Below are positions 1 through 8,479 of a stretch of DNA of 64,000 bases, in pieces; the first letter of the stretch is position 1, and every line of letters begins with the position of its first letter. The translations under genes were made by a program, and so were the position numbers. The stretch spans positions 21,126 to 85,125 of the forward strand of contig NVUH01000008.1 of the NCBI GenBank assembly GCA_002401855.1. Direction: 5' to 3'. The notes below the pieces were generated by a model. That model was given only the letters and a program-made list of their open reading frames with translations, did not search any database and was not told the origin of the DNA. The DNA is from Hyphomicrobiales bacterium (GTDB taxonomy: Bacteria > Pseudomonadota > Alphaproteobacteria > Rhizobiales > OSC116).

Positions 1-1
1 A

Positions 2-613
2 GTGGCGGTATCGTGGATTACACCTGCACTGGGGCGGCTAAAAATAAAATATCCTGACTTTGCTTGCGCGGTTGAGATCGTTGACCATCTGGGCATGCAA
101 ACTTTGGTCGGCAGCCGCTCTCATGATGTTGCGGTGGCGTCTTTGCCATTGGGCAGGCCGTCATCGAGATTGACCGAGCACCCGTTATGTGAGTTTGCTT
201 TTGAGGCGATTTTTCATAAAACTCATCCTTTGGCGGCGCAAAAATCGGTTTCTGCGGCTGACATTGCGCAATTTCCGATCATCGGTTTATATCAAGGCCA
301 AATTGGCCGCACGCGGCAAGATGAATTTTTTCGCTCGCAGAATATTAACATCGTTCCGCAAATTGAAACCTCGTCCTCTATCGTCGCGCTGTCGCTTTGT
401 CAGCAAAATTTCGGCATCGCTTTGATGCCGTCAGTTTATATGATGTCAAATCAATATCCGAATTTAACCAGCCGACCGACCAACCCAATACGCAATATCA
501 GCTTTGGCGCGGTCACCGCAGAAGGGCAAAAATTATCCAGTTTTCAAATGGAATTTTTAACCGAGTTAAAAACCATCGCCGATGATTGGCAAACCATGTC
601 TGCCGCACATTAG
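2..613 (+). CDS. LysR-family transcriptional regulator, C-terminal effector-binding part only (5' end lies outside the window)
   Basis: The ORF is open to the window edge. The translation looks like the periplasmic-binding-protein-like effector domain of LysR-type regulators. No wHTH is present because the N-terminus is missing. Confidence 0.7.
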   Translation: MAVSWITPALGRLKIKYPDFACAVEIVDHLGMQTLVGSRSHDVAVASLPLGRPSSRLTEHPLCEFAFEAIFHKTHPLAAQKSVSAADIAQFPIIGLYQGQIGRTRQDEFFRSQNINIVPQIETSSSIVALSLCQQNFGIALMPSVYMMSNQYPNLTSRPTNPIRNISFGAVTAEGQKLSSFQMEFLTELKTIADDWQTMSAAH

Positions 614-622
614 CTTTGATGA

Positions 623-1945
623 TTATAACCTAGCCAACCAAATAGAGATTTGCGGGAAAATGGCTAGAATAACCAAACCAACAACCATCGCCAATACAAA
701 TGGCATGGCGCCACGGAATATATCGCCAACCTTTAAATCGGGGTCATTCATCGCCGCCTTGATGGTGTAGACTGACAGGCCAAAGGGCGGGGTCAACAAA
801 CCCATCTCGACCGCTACCACAGTCATCACCCCAAACCAGATTAAGTCGAACCCAGCTTGTTGCGCGACAGGCAATGCAATCGGCAATAATATCAGCATGA
901 TTGAGATGGAATCAATCAAACAACCAAGCAAAATTACAATCACCAAAAATAATAGCAAGAAACCATAGGGGCCTAAAAAATCACCCAGCAATATCTCGCC
1001 CAACATATTTGGCAGGCCAGACATGGCCAACATGCGGCTAAAAAACGTTGCCGCCATGATTAGAAACAACACCGATACGGTGATATGGCCAGATTCGACC
1101 AATAGGTTCCAGAATATTTTAAGCGTCAAAGAACGGCGCAACAAGGCAATCACCAAAGCGCCAGCAGCGCCGACAGCGCCCGCTTCGGTTGGGTTTAAAA
1201 ACCCACCATAAAGCCCGCCCAATACCAAAGTTACCAATGAAAATATCGGCAAGGCTTTGCGAATTATGTCAAGGCCTGAAAGCTCCTCAAACTCAACATC
1301 CTTAGCTGCGTCATCACCTGCTTCAAATACAAAGTCTTTTCGCCACATCGCCATACCAATAATCGCGAGCGAAAATAAGCCTGCCAATAATAAACCAGGC
1401 CCAACACCCGCTAAAAACATCCGTCCGACAGATTCTTCGGCTAGCACGGCATAAACAATCATCAATAAAGATGGTGGAATGAGCATGCCCAATACCGAGC
1501 TGCCCGCCACCACGCCGGTGGCAAAACGTTTGGTATAACCGTGCCGCGTCATTTCGGGCACTGCCACTTTTGAAAACACTGTGGCCGAGGCAATCGATAC
1601 ACCGGTGATAGATGCAAATACCGCATTGGCAAACACCGTCGCTACGCCTAGGCCGCCAACCAATTTACGCATCAGCCGTTCGAACACGTCAAACGTATCC
1701 TTCCCGACCCCCGAAACGGTCACCAACAGCCCCATCAAAACAAATAATGGCACGACCGCAAATAAATATTCACGCAAGCTATCATTGGCAACTGAGCCAA
1801 TCATGCTCATCGCCACCCGCTCGTTGCGGATCATCATCACACCGCCGAACGAAACCAATAACATGCCCACGCCAATCGGCATGCCCAATGATATGGCCAA
1901 AATTAAAATACCAATTGCCAAAATGCCAATTTCTATGCCTGTCAT
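623..1945 (-). CDS. dctM: TRAP transporter large permease subunit (DctM family)
   Basis: A 440-aa polytopic hydrophobic ORF of typical DctM length and composition. Its start abuts the stop of the DctQ-like ORF. Confidence 0.9.
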   Translation of the reverse strand: MTGIEIGILAIGILILAISLGMPIGVGMLLVSFGGVMMIRNERVAMSMIGSVANDSLREYLFAVVPLFVLMGLLVTVSGVGKDTFDVFERLMRKLVGGLGVATVFANAVFASITGVSIASATVFSKVAVPEMTRHGYTKRFATGVVAGSSVLGMLIPPSLLMIVYAVLAEESVGRMFLAGVGPGLLLAGLFSLAIIGMAMWRKDFVFEAGDDAAKDVEFEELSGLDIIRKALPIFSLVTLVLGGLYGGFLNPTEAGAVGAAGALVIALLRRSLTLKIFWNLLVESGHITVSVLFLIMAATFFSRMLAMSGLPNMLGEILLGDFLGPYGFLLLFLVIVILLGCLIDSISIMLILLPIALPVAQQAGFDLIWFGVMTVVAVEMGLLTPPFGLSVYTIKAAMNDPDLKVGDIFRGAMPFVLAMVVGLVILAIFPQISIWLARL

Positions 1946-2524
1946 TTATTCTTCTTCCTTCAGCGCAAAAATGGCTTTTATGCCTGTAATCACATGGATA
2001 AAAAATTGTATCGCCGCAACTGTAATGCCAATTAAAATCATCAATCTAAATGGCCATGTCGGTATGGTTAGCACGCCTGTCACGCCAATATAATTGTCAA
2101 ATTTCAAATCTTTTAAGAGAATTTTATAGGTAGAATTGGCAATAAATCCGCATAATACCGCGCCCACTAAATCCCACATGGCTTTAACAAACATACCAGC
2201 GCGTGGGAATTTTGCGGTGAATGGTGGCAAAAATAATTCGGTACGGGCTAAACGTTCATGCCTTACGGTCGTGCCTAACTGCAAAAACACAATCATCACC
2301 AATGTCAACGCGCCCAGCTCTGACACCAGCGGCAGCGAGCTGCCAAACAGGTTTCTCATCACCACATCAGAGCAGATAATGATCATCAACACGCCAATTA
2401 ATATGGTGCCAATGGCACCTAGGCCATCTGCAATGATAGACCAATAACGTGATAACCAATGGCTTTGCCGCTCCCATTTAGGAGCGACAAAATTATTGTT
2501 TTTCTCATTCACTATATTTTCCAA
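1946..2524 (-). CDS. dctQ: TRAP transporter small permease subunit (DctQ family)
   Basis: 192 aa with about 4 hydrophobic segments, sandwiched between the DctP-like and DctM-like ORFs. Confidence 0.8.
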   Translation of the reverse strand: MENIVNEKNNNFVAPKWERQSHWLSRYWSIIADGLGAIGTILIGVLMIIICSDVVMRNLFGSSLPLVSELGALTLVMIVFLQLGTTVRHERLARTELFLPPFTAKFPRAGMFVKAMWDLVGAVLCGFIANSTYKILLKDLKFDNYIGVTGVLTIPTWPFRLMILIGITVAAIQFFIHVITGIKAIFALKEEE

Positions 2525-2565
2525 ACCTAGATAGAGTATAGTATTACATTGAGTTTATTCAGAAC

Positions 2566-3645
2566 TTAATTCAAGTCCCAATTGCGCAATGGTGTTTCAC
2601 CTTTTTCGCGCAAACCATCCATATAAGCTTTCAAGAAAGCTTTGGCTGGAATGCCGCGGGCTTCGGTCGCTGCTACCCATTCACCAGCAAGATCTGGCAA
2701 TCTATCAATCCATTGTTGGCGCATTTCTTCGGACATAACAGAAATGGTCACGGGGACATCTTGGTCTTTGCCAAGTTCAACCATTTTATCCATAAAGATT
2801 TCATGGCGGGTGATCATATCTTTGGCATGCTCATCAGAATAATACTGACCAGCGGCAAGCATGGCGTCTTGGATTTCTGTATCTAAACTATCCCATGTGT
2901 CTTTATTGATGGCCAAACCACCAGAGAATACCGTACCAAAGTTAACCCGTGTGATGTAAGGTGCCACTTCATAAATTTTAGTTGGCAATACACCTAGCGC
3001 CAATGACAATGCACCATCAGACACACCTGTTTGAATGTCGGTATAGAAAGTTGGTAACGCACCATCAACCGCTGTCGCGCCCACGCCGCGCAACCATGTG
3101 CCTAGCACACCAGGGGCGGATAATTTAACGCCAATTAGGTCGCTCAAATCATTGATTGGTTTTTTGGTATAAAGATCATAACTATCTGAGCCAGTTGCGC
3201 CCAAATAAACCAAATTATACTGTTCCCATTCCTTTTTAAAGGCGGGGAAGGTTTCGTATAATTCGCCCAATGTGCCCAATTGTGCAGGTACATTTGTGGT
3301 GGTAAACGGCGTAAAACCTGTTACTTGGCTCAATGGCATTTTGGCAGCTTCTAAATATGAGAATACCCAACCAATGTCTGTCACACCTTCTTCAACCGAA
3401 GTGAGTGTGGCGTTGGCTTTGTATAATTGACCACCAAAAGCTTCTTGCCAATTGATTTTATAATTGCCCGTTTTGGCCAAAATTTCATCAACTTTTGGCA
3501 TAAAGTGAGATTGGATAAAACCAATCCACGGAATGACGGTTGGATGGCTTGACGCAACAGTGATGTCCACTGTTTCTTCGGCCATGGCGGCAGGTGCAAA
3601 ACTGACCGCTGCACTTAATAGCAATGCGCTTAGTATTTTCTTCAT
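2566..3645 (-). CDS. dctP: TRAP transporter substrate-binding protein (DctP family)
   Basis: 359 aa with the signal peptide MKKILSALLLSAAVSFAPAAMA, in the usual position upstream of the QM pair. Confidence 0.85.
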   Translation of the reverse strand: MKKILSALLLSAAVSFAPAAMAEETVDITVASSHPTVIPWIGFIQSHFMPKVDEILAKTGNYKINWQEAFGGQLYKANATLTSVEEGVTDIGWVFSYLEAAKMPLSQVTGFTPFTTTNVPAQLGTLGELYETFPAFKKEWEQYNLVYLGATGSDSYDLYTKKPINDLSDLIGVKLSAPGVLGTWLRGVGATAVDGALPTFYTDIQTGVSDGALSLALGVLPTKIYEVAPYITRVNFGTVFSGGLAINKDTWDSLDTEIQDAMLAAGQYYSDEHAKDMITRHEIFMDKMVELGKDQDVPVTISVMSEEMRQQWIDRLPDLAGEWVAATEARGIPAKAFLKAYMDGLREKGETPLRNWDLN

Positions 3646-3681
3646 TTTTTTTCCCTCTTTGTTGGACTACTTCTTCGTTAT

Positions 3682-4071
3682 TTATTTAATTGTAAATGTC
3701 TGGCTGGATTTATTCAGGGTGATGGTCACACTGCCTTCATTAATCAACCAAGGCCTGACCTTAAATTCGCGCGCCCCACATATATGCATCGGGTCACGTT
3801 TGGCAATCTCGATGGCTGCGGCGCGTGAAGCGGCACGAACCACCACAAGCCCCTCGCCTTCCCAGCTTTCTTCATCATCTGTCCACATCGGGCCAGCTGC
3901 GTAAAGCACGCCTTCGGCTTCAAGCGCTACCTGAAACTCAAGATGTTTTTCTAAATTTTGAAATATAGATTCAAGCCCATTTGTGGCCGTGGTAAAAATA
4001 GCATAAAGCTGTTTTTGCAACATTTCACTACTGGCTTGCATCACGTCTGCGCGTGGTACTGATTTTAACAT
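3682..4071 (-). CDS. YciI-like (YCII domain) protein
   Basis: 129 aa. The C-terminal half (GLVVVRAASRAAAIEIAKRDPMHICGAREFKVRPW) matches the YCII-fold pattern. It lies 19 nt downstream of the CoA-transferase gene. Confidence 0.55.
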   Translation of the reverse strand: MLKSVPRADVMQASSEMLQKQLYAIFTTATNGLESIFQNLEKHLEFQVALEAEGVLYAAGPMWTDDEESWEGEGLVVVRAASRAAAIEIAKRDPMHICGAREFKVRPWLINEGSVTITLNKSSQTFTIK

Positions 4072-4090
4072 TTTTCTCCTCCCAAAAAAT

Positions 4091-5242
4091 TCAATTATTG
4101 CGGCTCAATTCAGCACGTATTTCATCACCATGTTCATCCAAAACGGGCGGTGCCATAACGTCTAAATTTGGTTTTCCATCAAAATTATAAGGTGCGCGAA
4201 CTGTTGTAAAACCACCCTCTAGCGGGTTGATATCCGATACATTCTGCGCTTCAACTTTAATGTTTAAATGCAGAGCTTGCGGGTCTTCTAACGCTTCATC
4301 GGCATCATAAGCGGCTGAATGCGGCACTTCTTTTGCCAGCAATAAAGCACACCATGCATCGCGGGTTTTGGTGGCAAATACTGGCGTTAAAATATCAATT
4401 AAATCCTCTTGGTGCTTAATCCGCTCAAGCCGTTCTTCAAACCGTGGATCAGTTAGCAATTCCAACTTGCCCGTGGCTTCAATAAACCCTTGCCAAAATT
4501 TTGGTGGCGATGACATATGAATAGCCACCGATTTACCATCTGAACATACAAATGTGTATGATTGCGAAACCTTAGGACGGCTTAATGGCCCCATCACTTC
4601 ACCTTCAGATAAATAATGCGTAAAACTATCTAAATTAAAATGACACATGGCTTCAAGCATCGAAATGTCCAAACGCCTGCCTATGCCAGTTTTAGCAACC
4701 TCAAGTAAAGCTGCCATAATGCCCAAAGCGGCATATTGTCCTGTGACTGAATCGGCAATCGCAGGGCCAATCACCCGCGGTCTATCTGGCGGGGTGAGCA
4801 AACGCAAATAACCACTAGCAGCTTGCGCCACCGTGTCAAATGTCGGCCTGTCAGCCGAGGGGCCATCAGTACCAAAACCTGTAATGGCGCAATAAATAAG
4901 CTTGGGGTTAATCTTGCGCAAATCGGCTTCACCAACACCCAACCGCTCGGCCACACCCGGCCTAAAATTCTGAATAAACACATCAGCAGTTTTGATCAGC
5001 GCATGAAATGTCGCCAAATCATCGGCCTGTTTGGTATCGAGCGCAATGGAGCGTTTGTTGCGGTTATAAGTCTGAAAATGCGGTGAATATAAACCACCTT
5101 TAAACGCCCTAAATGGGTCGCCTGTTACAGGCCGCTCAACCTTAATCACATCAGCGCCTAAATCGGCCAAATGCATGCCCGCAGCGGGGCCTGTAATATA
5201 TGTGCCAAGCTCGATAACCCGAATGTCTTTCAATATCTTCAT
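4091..5242 (-). CDS. Family III CoA-transferase (CaiB/BaiF/Frc type)
   Basis: MKILKDIRVIELGTYITGPAAGMHLADLGADVIKVE is the canonical family III N-terminus. I set the start at the ATG at 5242. The longer ORF to 5383 would overlap the upstream gene by 131 nt and adds a non-homologous leader. Confidence 0.85.
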   Translation of the reverse strand: MKILKDIRVIELGTYITGPAAGMHLADLGADVIKVERPVTGDPFRAFKGGLYSPHFQTYNRNKRSIALDTKQADDLATFHALIKTADVFIQNFRPGVAERLGVGEADLRKINPKLIYCAITGFGTDGPSADRPTFDTVAQAASGYLRLLTPPDRPRVIGPAIADSVTGQYAALGIMAALLEVAKTGIGRRLDISMLEAMCHFNLDSFTHYLSEGEVMGPLSRPKVSQSYTFVCSDGKSVAIHMSSPPKFWQGFIEATGKLELLTDPRFEERLERIKHQEDLIDILTPVFATKTRDAWCALLLAKEVPHSAAYDADEALEDPQALHLNIKVEAQNVSDINPLEGGFTTVRAPYNFDGKPNLDVMAPPVLDEHGDEIRAELSRNN

Positions 5243-5252
5243 ATAGTCACTT

Positions 5253-6062
5253 TCACTCAGACTTATCTTGTGGCTTAGGCTGCTCGCCATCATAATCAAT
5301 GGCCAAATCAGCATTATGCGACATAATAAAACCAATAGAACGGGTGGATTCTTCAAACAAATGCGCCACCAAGCCCGCCGCACGCGCCAATAAAGGCACG
5401 CCTTTCATGGCTGCCAATGGCCAACCCGCATCTAACATCACTGCTGGAATGGCGCCCGAAACGTTGATCGGCAATGGCCGATTGATAATTTCTGGCGCAT
5501 GTTTGGCAAGCAAACGCAGCATTTCAATATTCTCGCCCGTCACACCATGTTCATCAGCCAAGGCCAATAAAACATTCGCCCGTGGGTCGCCCGCACTATG
5601 TTGCGGGTGGCCAAGGCCAGGCACTTTTTGGCGGGTGGCTTTTAAGTTTTTAAGGCTGTTAATCGCCGCCTCTTCCCTGCTGATACCGCTATCTTTGGCA
5701 TCTTTTATGGTGGCGACAATATATTGCCCTGCAATTTCAGAGCTGCCTGCCACCACACTGCCCATGCCAAGCAAGCCCGCTGCCATCGCGCCTTGCCATG
5801 CATCTGGGCCTGCCGCTAAGGTCATACGCGCCGCTTGCACACTTGGCACAAGGCCATGTTCGGCAATCGCCACCATGCAAGCATTGGTCATCATTTTTTG
5901 TTTTTCATCAGGGTTTTTACCTGTCACCAATAGCCAAAAATAATCAGTAAAATCAGTTTTGCCGATCAATTCGCTACACAGATCAAACCCACGCACAGTC
6001 ACACCTTCAGCGTCCGAAGTTGCGATGGCGGTGAATGATTGATCTTGTTTACCTATTCTCAT
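5253..6062 (-). CDS. Short citrate-synthase-family protein (citryl-CoA-lyase-like)
   Basis: 269 aa. It contains GLGHPQHSAGDPRA, which resembles the citrate synthase GHRVY...DPR signature. It has the ~270-aa short form usually annotated as citryl-CoA lyase. Confidence 0.7.
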   Translation of the reverse strand: MRIGKQDQSFTAIATSDAEGVTVRGFDLCSELIGKTDFTDYFWLLVTGKNPDEKQKMMTNACMVAIAEHGLVPSVQAARMTLAAGPDAWQGAMAAGLLGMGSVVAGSSEIAGQYIVATIKDAKDSGISREEAAINSLKNLKATRQKVPGLGHPQHSAGDPRANVLLALADEHGVTGENIEMLRLLAKHAPEIINRPLPINVSGAIPAVMLDAGWPLAAMKGVPLLARAAGLVAHLFEESTRSIGFIMSHNADLAIDYDGEQPKPQDKSE

Positions 6063-6083
6063 TAGCTTATTCTTTCTGTATCA

Positions 6084-6449
6084 TTAGGTCTGGATAGACG
6101 GATAATCTTTGCCGACCCAATGTTCGAGCTTTGCCGCATATTCAAGCTGAAAGGCCAAGGGGCCTTTTTCTTTCATATAATCTTCTTCATAAATGGCGAT
6201 ATAAATGGTCAGGCATAAAAAGAAATGCGCGCCCATTTCAAACAAAGCCACATAATCATGATCAATCAAAATTTTGCGCTCTTCCGCGGTCAACGAATGA
6301 ACACTGCTCATTTCAGCTTCATTCAACCGTGGGCCAATAGATTGCTCCCACGAGGCCACCATAGCTGCAGGATTTTCCTTATAACGCGCCAATAATTCAG
6401 GGTCGCGATCGATTTGAAATAGGAATTTATTGACATAATATTTGCTCAT
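6084..6449 (-). CDS. LigA-like small subunit of a class III extradiol dioxygenase
   Basis: 121 aa. MSKYYVNKFLFQIDRDPELLARYKENPAAM and LTAEERKILIDHDYVALFEMGAHFF resemble the LigA (protocatechuate 4,5-dioxygenase alpha) family. It overlaps the LigB-like gene by 4 nt. Confidence 0.7.
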   Translation of the reverse strand: MSKYYVNKFLFQIDRDPELLARYKENPAAMVASWEQSIGPRLNEAEMSSVHSLTAEERKILIDHDYVALFEMGAHFFLCLTIYIAIYEEDYMKEKGPLAFQLEYAAKLEHWVGKDYPSIQT

Positions 6450-7324
6450 GACTTGACTCCTCCTGGCTTTTCTCCCTCAGGATACCATGTGAAATAGGCT
6501 TCCATCGTGTGAAACAAATCTAAACTATCGACATAATCCGCTTGCTGATTTGGCCCTGCAATGCCCAACATCAAAATAAACTCCATAAAGCCGCCTGTGG
6601 CATTGCCCGATTTGGCGAGGCTTTCATGGGTTACATTTTCCAAAATGGCGTCAATGTCGCCATTGCGTAACCATTCAATGGCCTGATGGTCAAATTCCGG
6701 GTCTGGCCCTGTTTCTTTAAACATACGCGGCCCACCAAGTTCGAGCGATAAATGCCCCGAACCAATGGCGGCAATGCGTTTATCAGATGGATATTCATCA
6801 ATAATTTCGCGGATCGCACGACCAAGCTGGTAAAAACGCTTAGGTGATGGCAATGGCGGAGCAAAAATATTGGCATATATCGGCACGACAGGTAAGTCAT
6901 TATCAGGCCGCACGGTGATGATTGGGCAAATAATTGAATGATCAATTTTCAACTCATTGCTAAACGCAAAATCAAACTCACGGTCAAGCAAGCCCTGATG
7001 CATAAAGTTAGAAAGATCTTCATCGCCTTCAAGCACATATTTGGGAATTGAAAATTCGCGCTCCTCATTATAGAAAGTCGCGTCATAACGCGGCGCTTTG
7101 CCAATTAAGAATTGCGGATAATTGTCTAAGAAAAATTGATGAAAATGATCCGCGCCTATCATCACCAGAATGTCTGGTTTGGCTTTGGTTAATGTTTCGC
7201 GATAGGCTTCAATCTTACGCTTCCACTCTGCGGCCTGCGGCATTTGCTGCTCAACGGGCATGGTGGTGGCTTTTAAATAAAATGGGTGATGTGTTGTGGC
7301 TAGTGTTGCAACTAGTTTTGCCAT
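6446..7324 (-). CDS. LigB-like catalytic subunit of a class III extradiol ring-cleavage dioxygenase
   Basis: 292 aa. It aligns by eye to LigB blocks: ATTHHP (N-terminal His), ILVMIGADHFHQFF (cf. VILVYNDHASAF), KIDHSIICP (cf. DVDHGCTVP) and AAIGSGHLSLELGGPR (cf. WGTGGMSHQLQGPR). Confidence 0.8.
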   Translation of the reverse strand: MAKLVATLATTHHPFYLKATTMPVEQQMPQAAEWKRKIEAYRETLTKAKPDILVMIGADHFHQFFLDNYPQFLIGKAPRYDATFYNEEREFSIPKYVLEGDEDLSNFMHQGLLDREFDFAFSNELKIDHSIICPIITVRPDNDLPVVPIYANIFAPPLPSPKRFYQLGRAIREIIDEYPSDKRIAAIGSGHLSLELGGPRMFKETGPDPEFDHQAIEWLRNGDIDAILENVTHESLAKSGNATGGFMEFILMLGIAGPNQQADYVDSLDLFHTMEAYFTWYPEGEKPGGVKS

Positions 7325-7369
7325 TCAAATGCCCTCCCTATGGTCATTTTCGTGTGTTTCTAATTTATT

Positions 7370-7387
7370 ATTTCGCCTAACGAAAAT
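7370..7387. promoter_or_regulatory. Candidate IclR operator, copy 1 (ATTTCGCCTAACGAAAAT)
   Basis: Imperfect inverted repeat ATTTCG-N5-CGAAAAT, 46-63 nt upstream of the ligB-like start. It is 17/18 identical (21/22 with flank TATT) to the reverse complement of 8427-8444. Confidence 0.6.
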
Positions 7388-7494
7388 TATTTCGTATTAA
7401 TGATAGGCGATTTATGCTATAAGTGTCAAGGCTATATTATTGACGGTTAATAAGGCCTATGCTAAACAGCAGTTAACGGCAATTAGGAGGCATT

Positions 7495-8298
7495 TTGCAA
7501 AATTTGGAACAAGACAAAGAACTGTTAGATGCTCTGGCACGCGGCCTGATGGTTATTGAATCTTTTGACCAAGAGCAGCCCGAAATGACCTTAAGCGAAG
7601 TGGCGCGCAAAACTGACATCAAGCCTGCTACCGCACGGCGCATATTGCGCACCTTGGTGGCCTTGGGTTATGCCCGCATTGTCAATAAACGTTATTTACT
7701 GACCCCCAAAATATTGGGGCTTGGTGCTGCCTATTCACGCTCCGCGCAGCTAGAAGAAGCGTTTATGCCTGAGCTAAAACGTTTGGTCGGCAAATATGGT
7801 GATGCCTCATCGGTGACTATATTGGCTGATAATGAAATTTTTTATGTGGCGCATTTTAGCGAGCAAAAAGGCAGCCGTGTTTCTGCCGATGCGGGCATCA
7901 CTTACCCCGCCTACCCTGCCTCGATGGGGCGGGTATTATTGGCTGGTTTAAACGATCAAGAACTTGACCAATATTTTGCGCAGGTCGAATTTGAAAAGCG
8001 CACCGAGAATACCGAAACCAACCCCAGCATATTGCGTAAAATCATTCAAACAACCCGAGAAGTTGGTTTTTCTTCCACCAGAGACGAGCTGTTTTATGGC
8101 GTAACGGCATTGGCTGTGCCCATCGTGGTCAACCGCGGCACGGTGATCGCGGCGATCAACTCCTCTGGCTATTCAGGCAAAGTGACAATGGATGAATTGA
8201 TCGATCAGCGGTTGGATGATTTACGCATTTCAGCCGATAGAATCGCCGATACATTGTTACGCTACCCTTCATTGCGCCATTCTATCGAACGTTCATAA
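7495..8298 (+). CDS. IclR-family transcriptional regulator
   Basis: 267 aa with a wHTH (LSEVARKTDIKPATARRILRTLVALGY) followed by an IclR effector domain. The TTG start lies 4 nt after AGGAGG. The gene is divergent from the ligB-like operon. Confidence 0.9.
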   Translation: MQNLEQDKELLDALARGLMVIESFDQEQPEMTLSEVARKTDIKPATARRILRTLVALGYARIVNKRYLLTPKILGLGAAYSRSAQLEEAFMPELKRLVGKYGDASSVTILADNEIFYVAHFSEQKGSRVSADAGITYPAYPASMGRVLLAGLNDQELDQYFAQVEFEKRTENTETNPSILRKIIQTTREVGFSSTRDELFYGVTALAVPIVVNRGTVIAAINSSGYSGKVTMDELIDQRLDDLRISADRIADTLLRYPSLRHSIERS

Positions 8299-8426
8299 CT
8301 CACAAAACATCAATGGTTTCCGTGCTATATGCCAAGAATATTCAACGCAAGAAGCGCTATATTCGGCAGATAAATTAACCCTTATTTGACAAAACCCAAC
8401 TTCCTACATAGTCTATATTAGAAATA

Positions 8427-8444
8427 ATTTTCGTTAAGCGAAAT
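8427..8444. promoter_or_regulatory. Candidate IclR operator, copy 2 (ATTTTCGTTAAGCGAAAT)
   Basis: Reverse complement ATTTCGCTTAACGAAAAT differs at one base from copy 1. It lies 36-53 nt upstream of the amidohydrolase ATG, downstream of a possible TTGACA (8386-8391). Confidence 0.6.
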
Positions 8445-8479
8445 ATTTCCAATCAAACTTACCGAGGGAGGAAGGTAGA

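Noticed and set aside
5243-5383. 5' extensions offered by the ORF track for several genes: CoA-transferase (to 5383), thuE (to 16315), lacF (to 28340), SBP (to 38314), Crp/Fnr (from 45016), fdsB (from 58449) and fdsA (from 59975).
   Set aside because: The extensions overlap the preceding gene or add non-homologous residues ahead of a canonical N-terminus or signal peptide. Internal ATGs with an RBS or ATGA coupling fit better.
5299-5943. Long antisense ORFs opposite real genes (for example 5299-5943 +, 1581-2093 +, 33570-34274 +, 20652-21101 +, 60692-61036 -).
   Set aside because: Each is fully embedded in, and antisense to, a gene with clear family signatures. Their translations are low-complexity (rich in Ser, Pro, Arg and Ala), with no motifs and no RBS. 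These are typical shadow ORFs.
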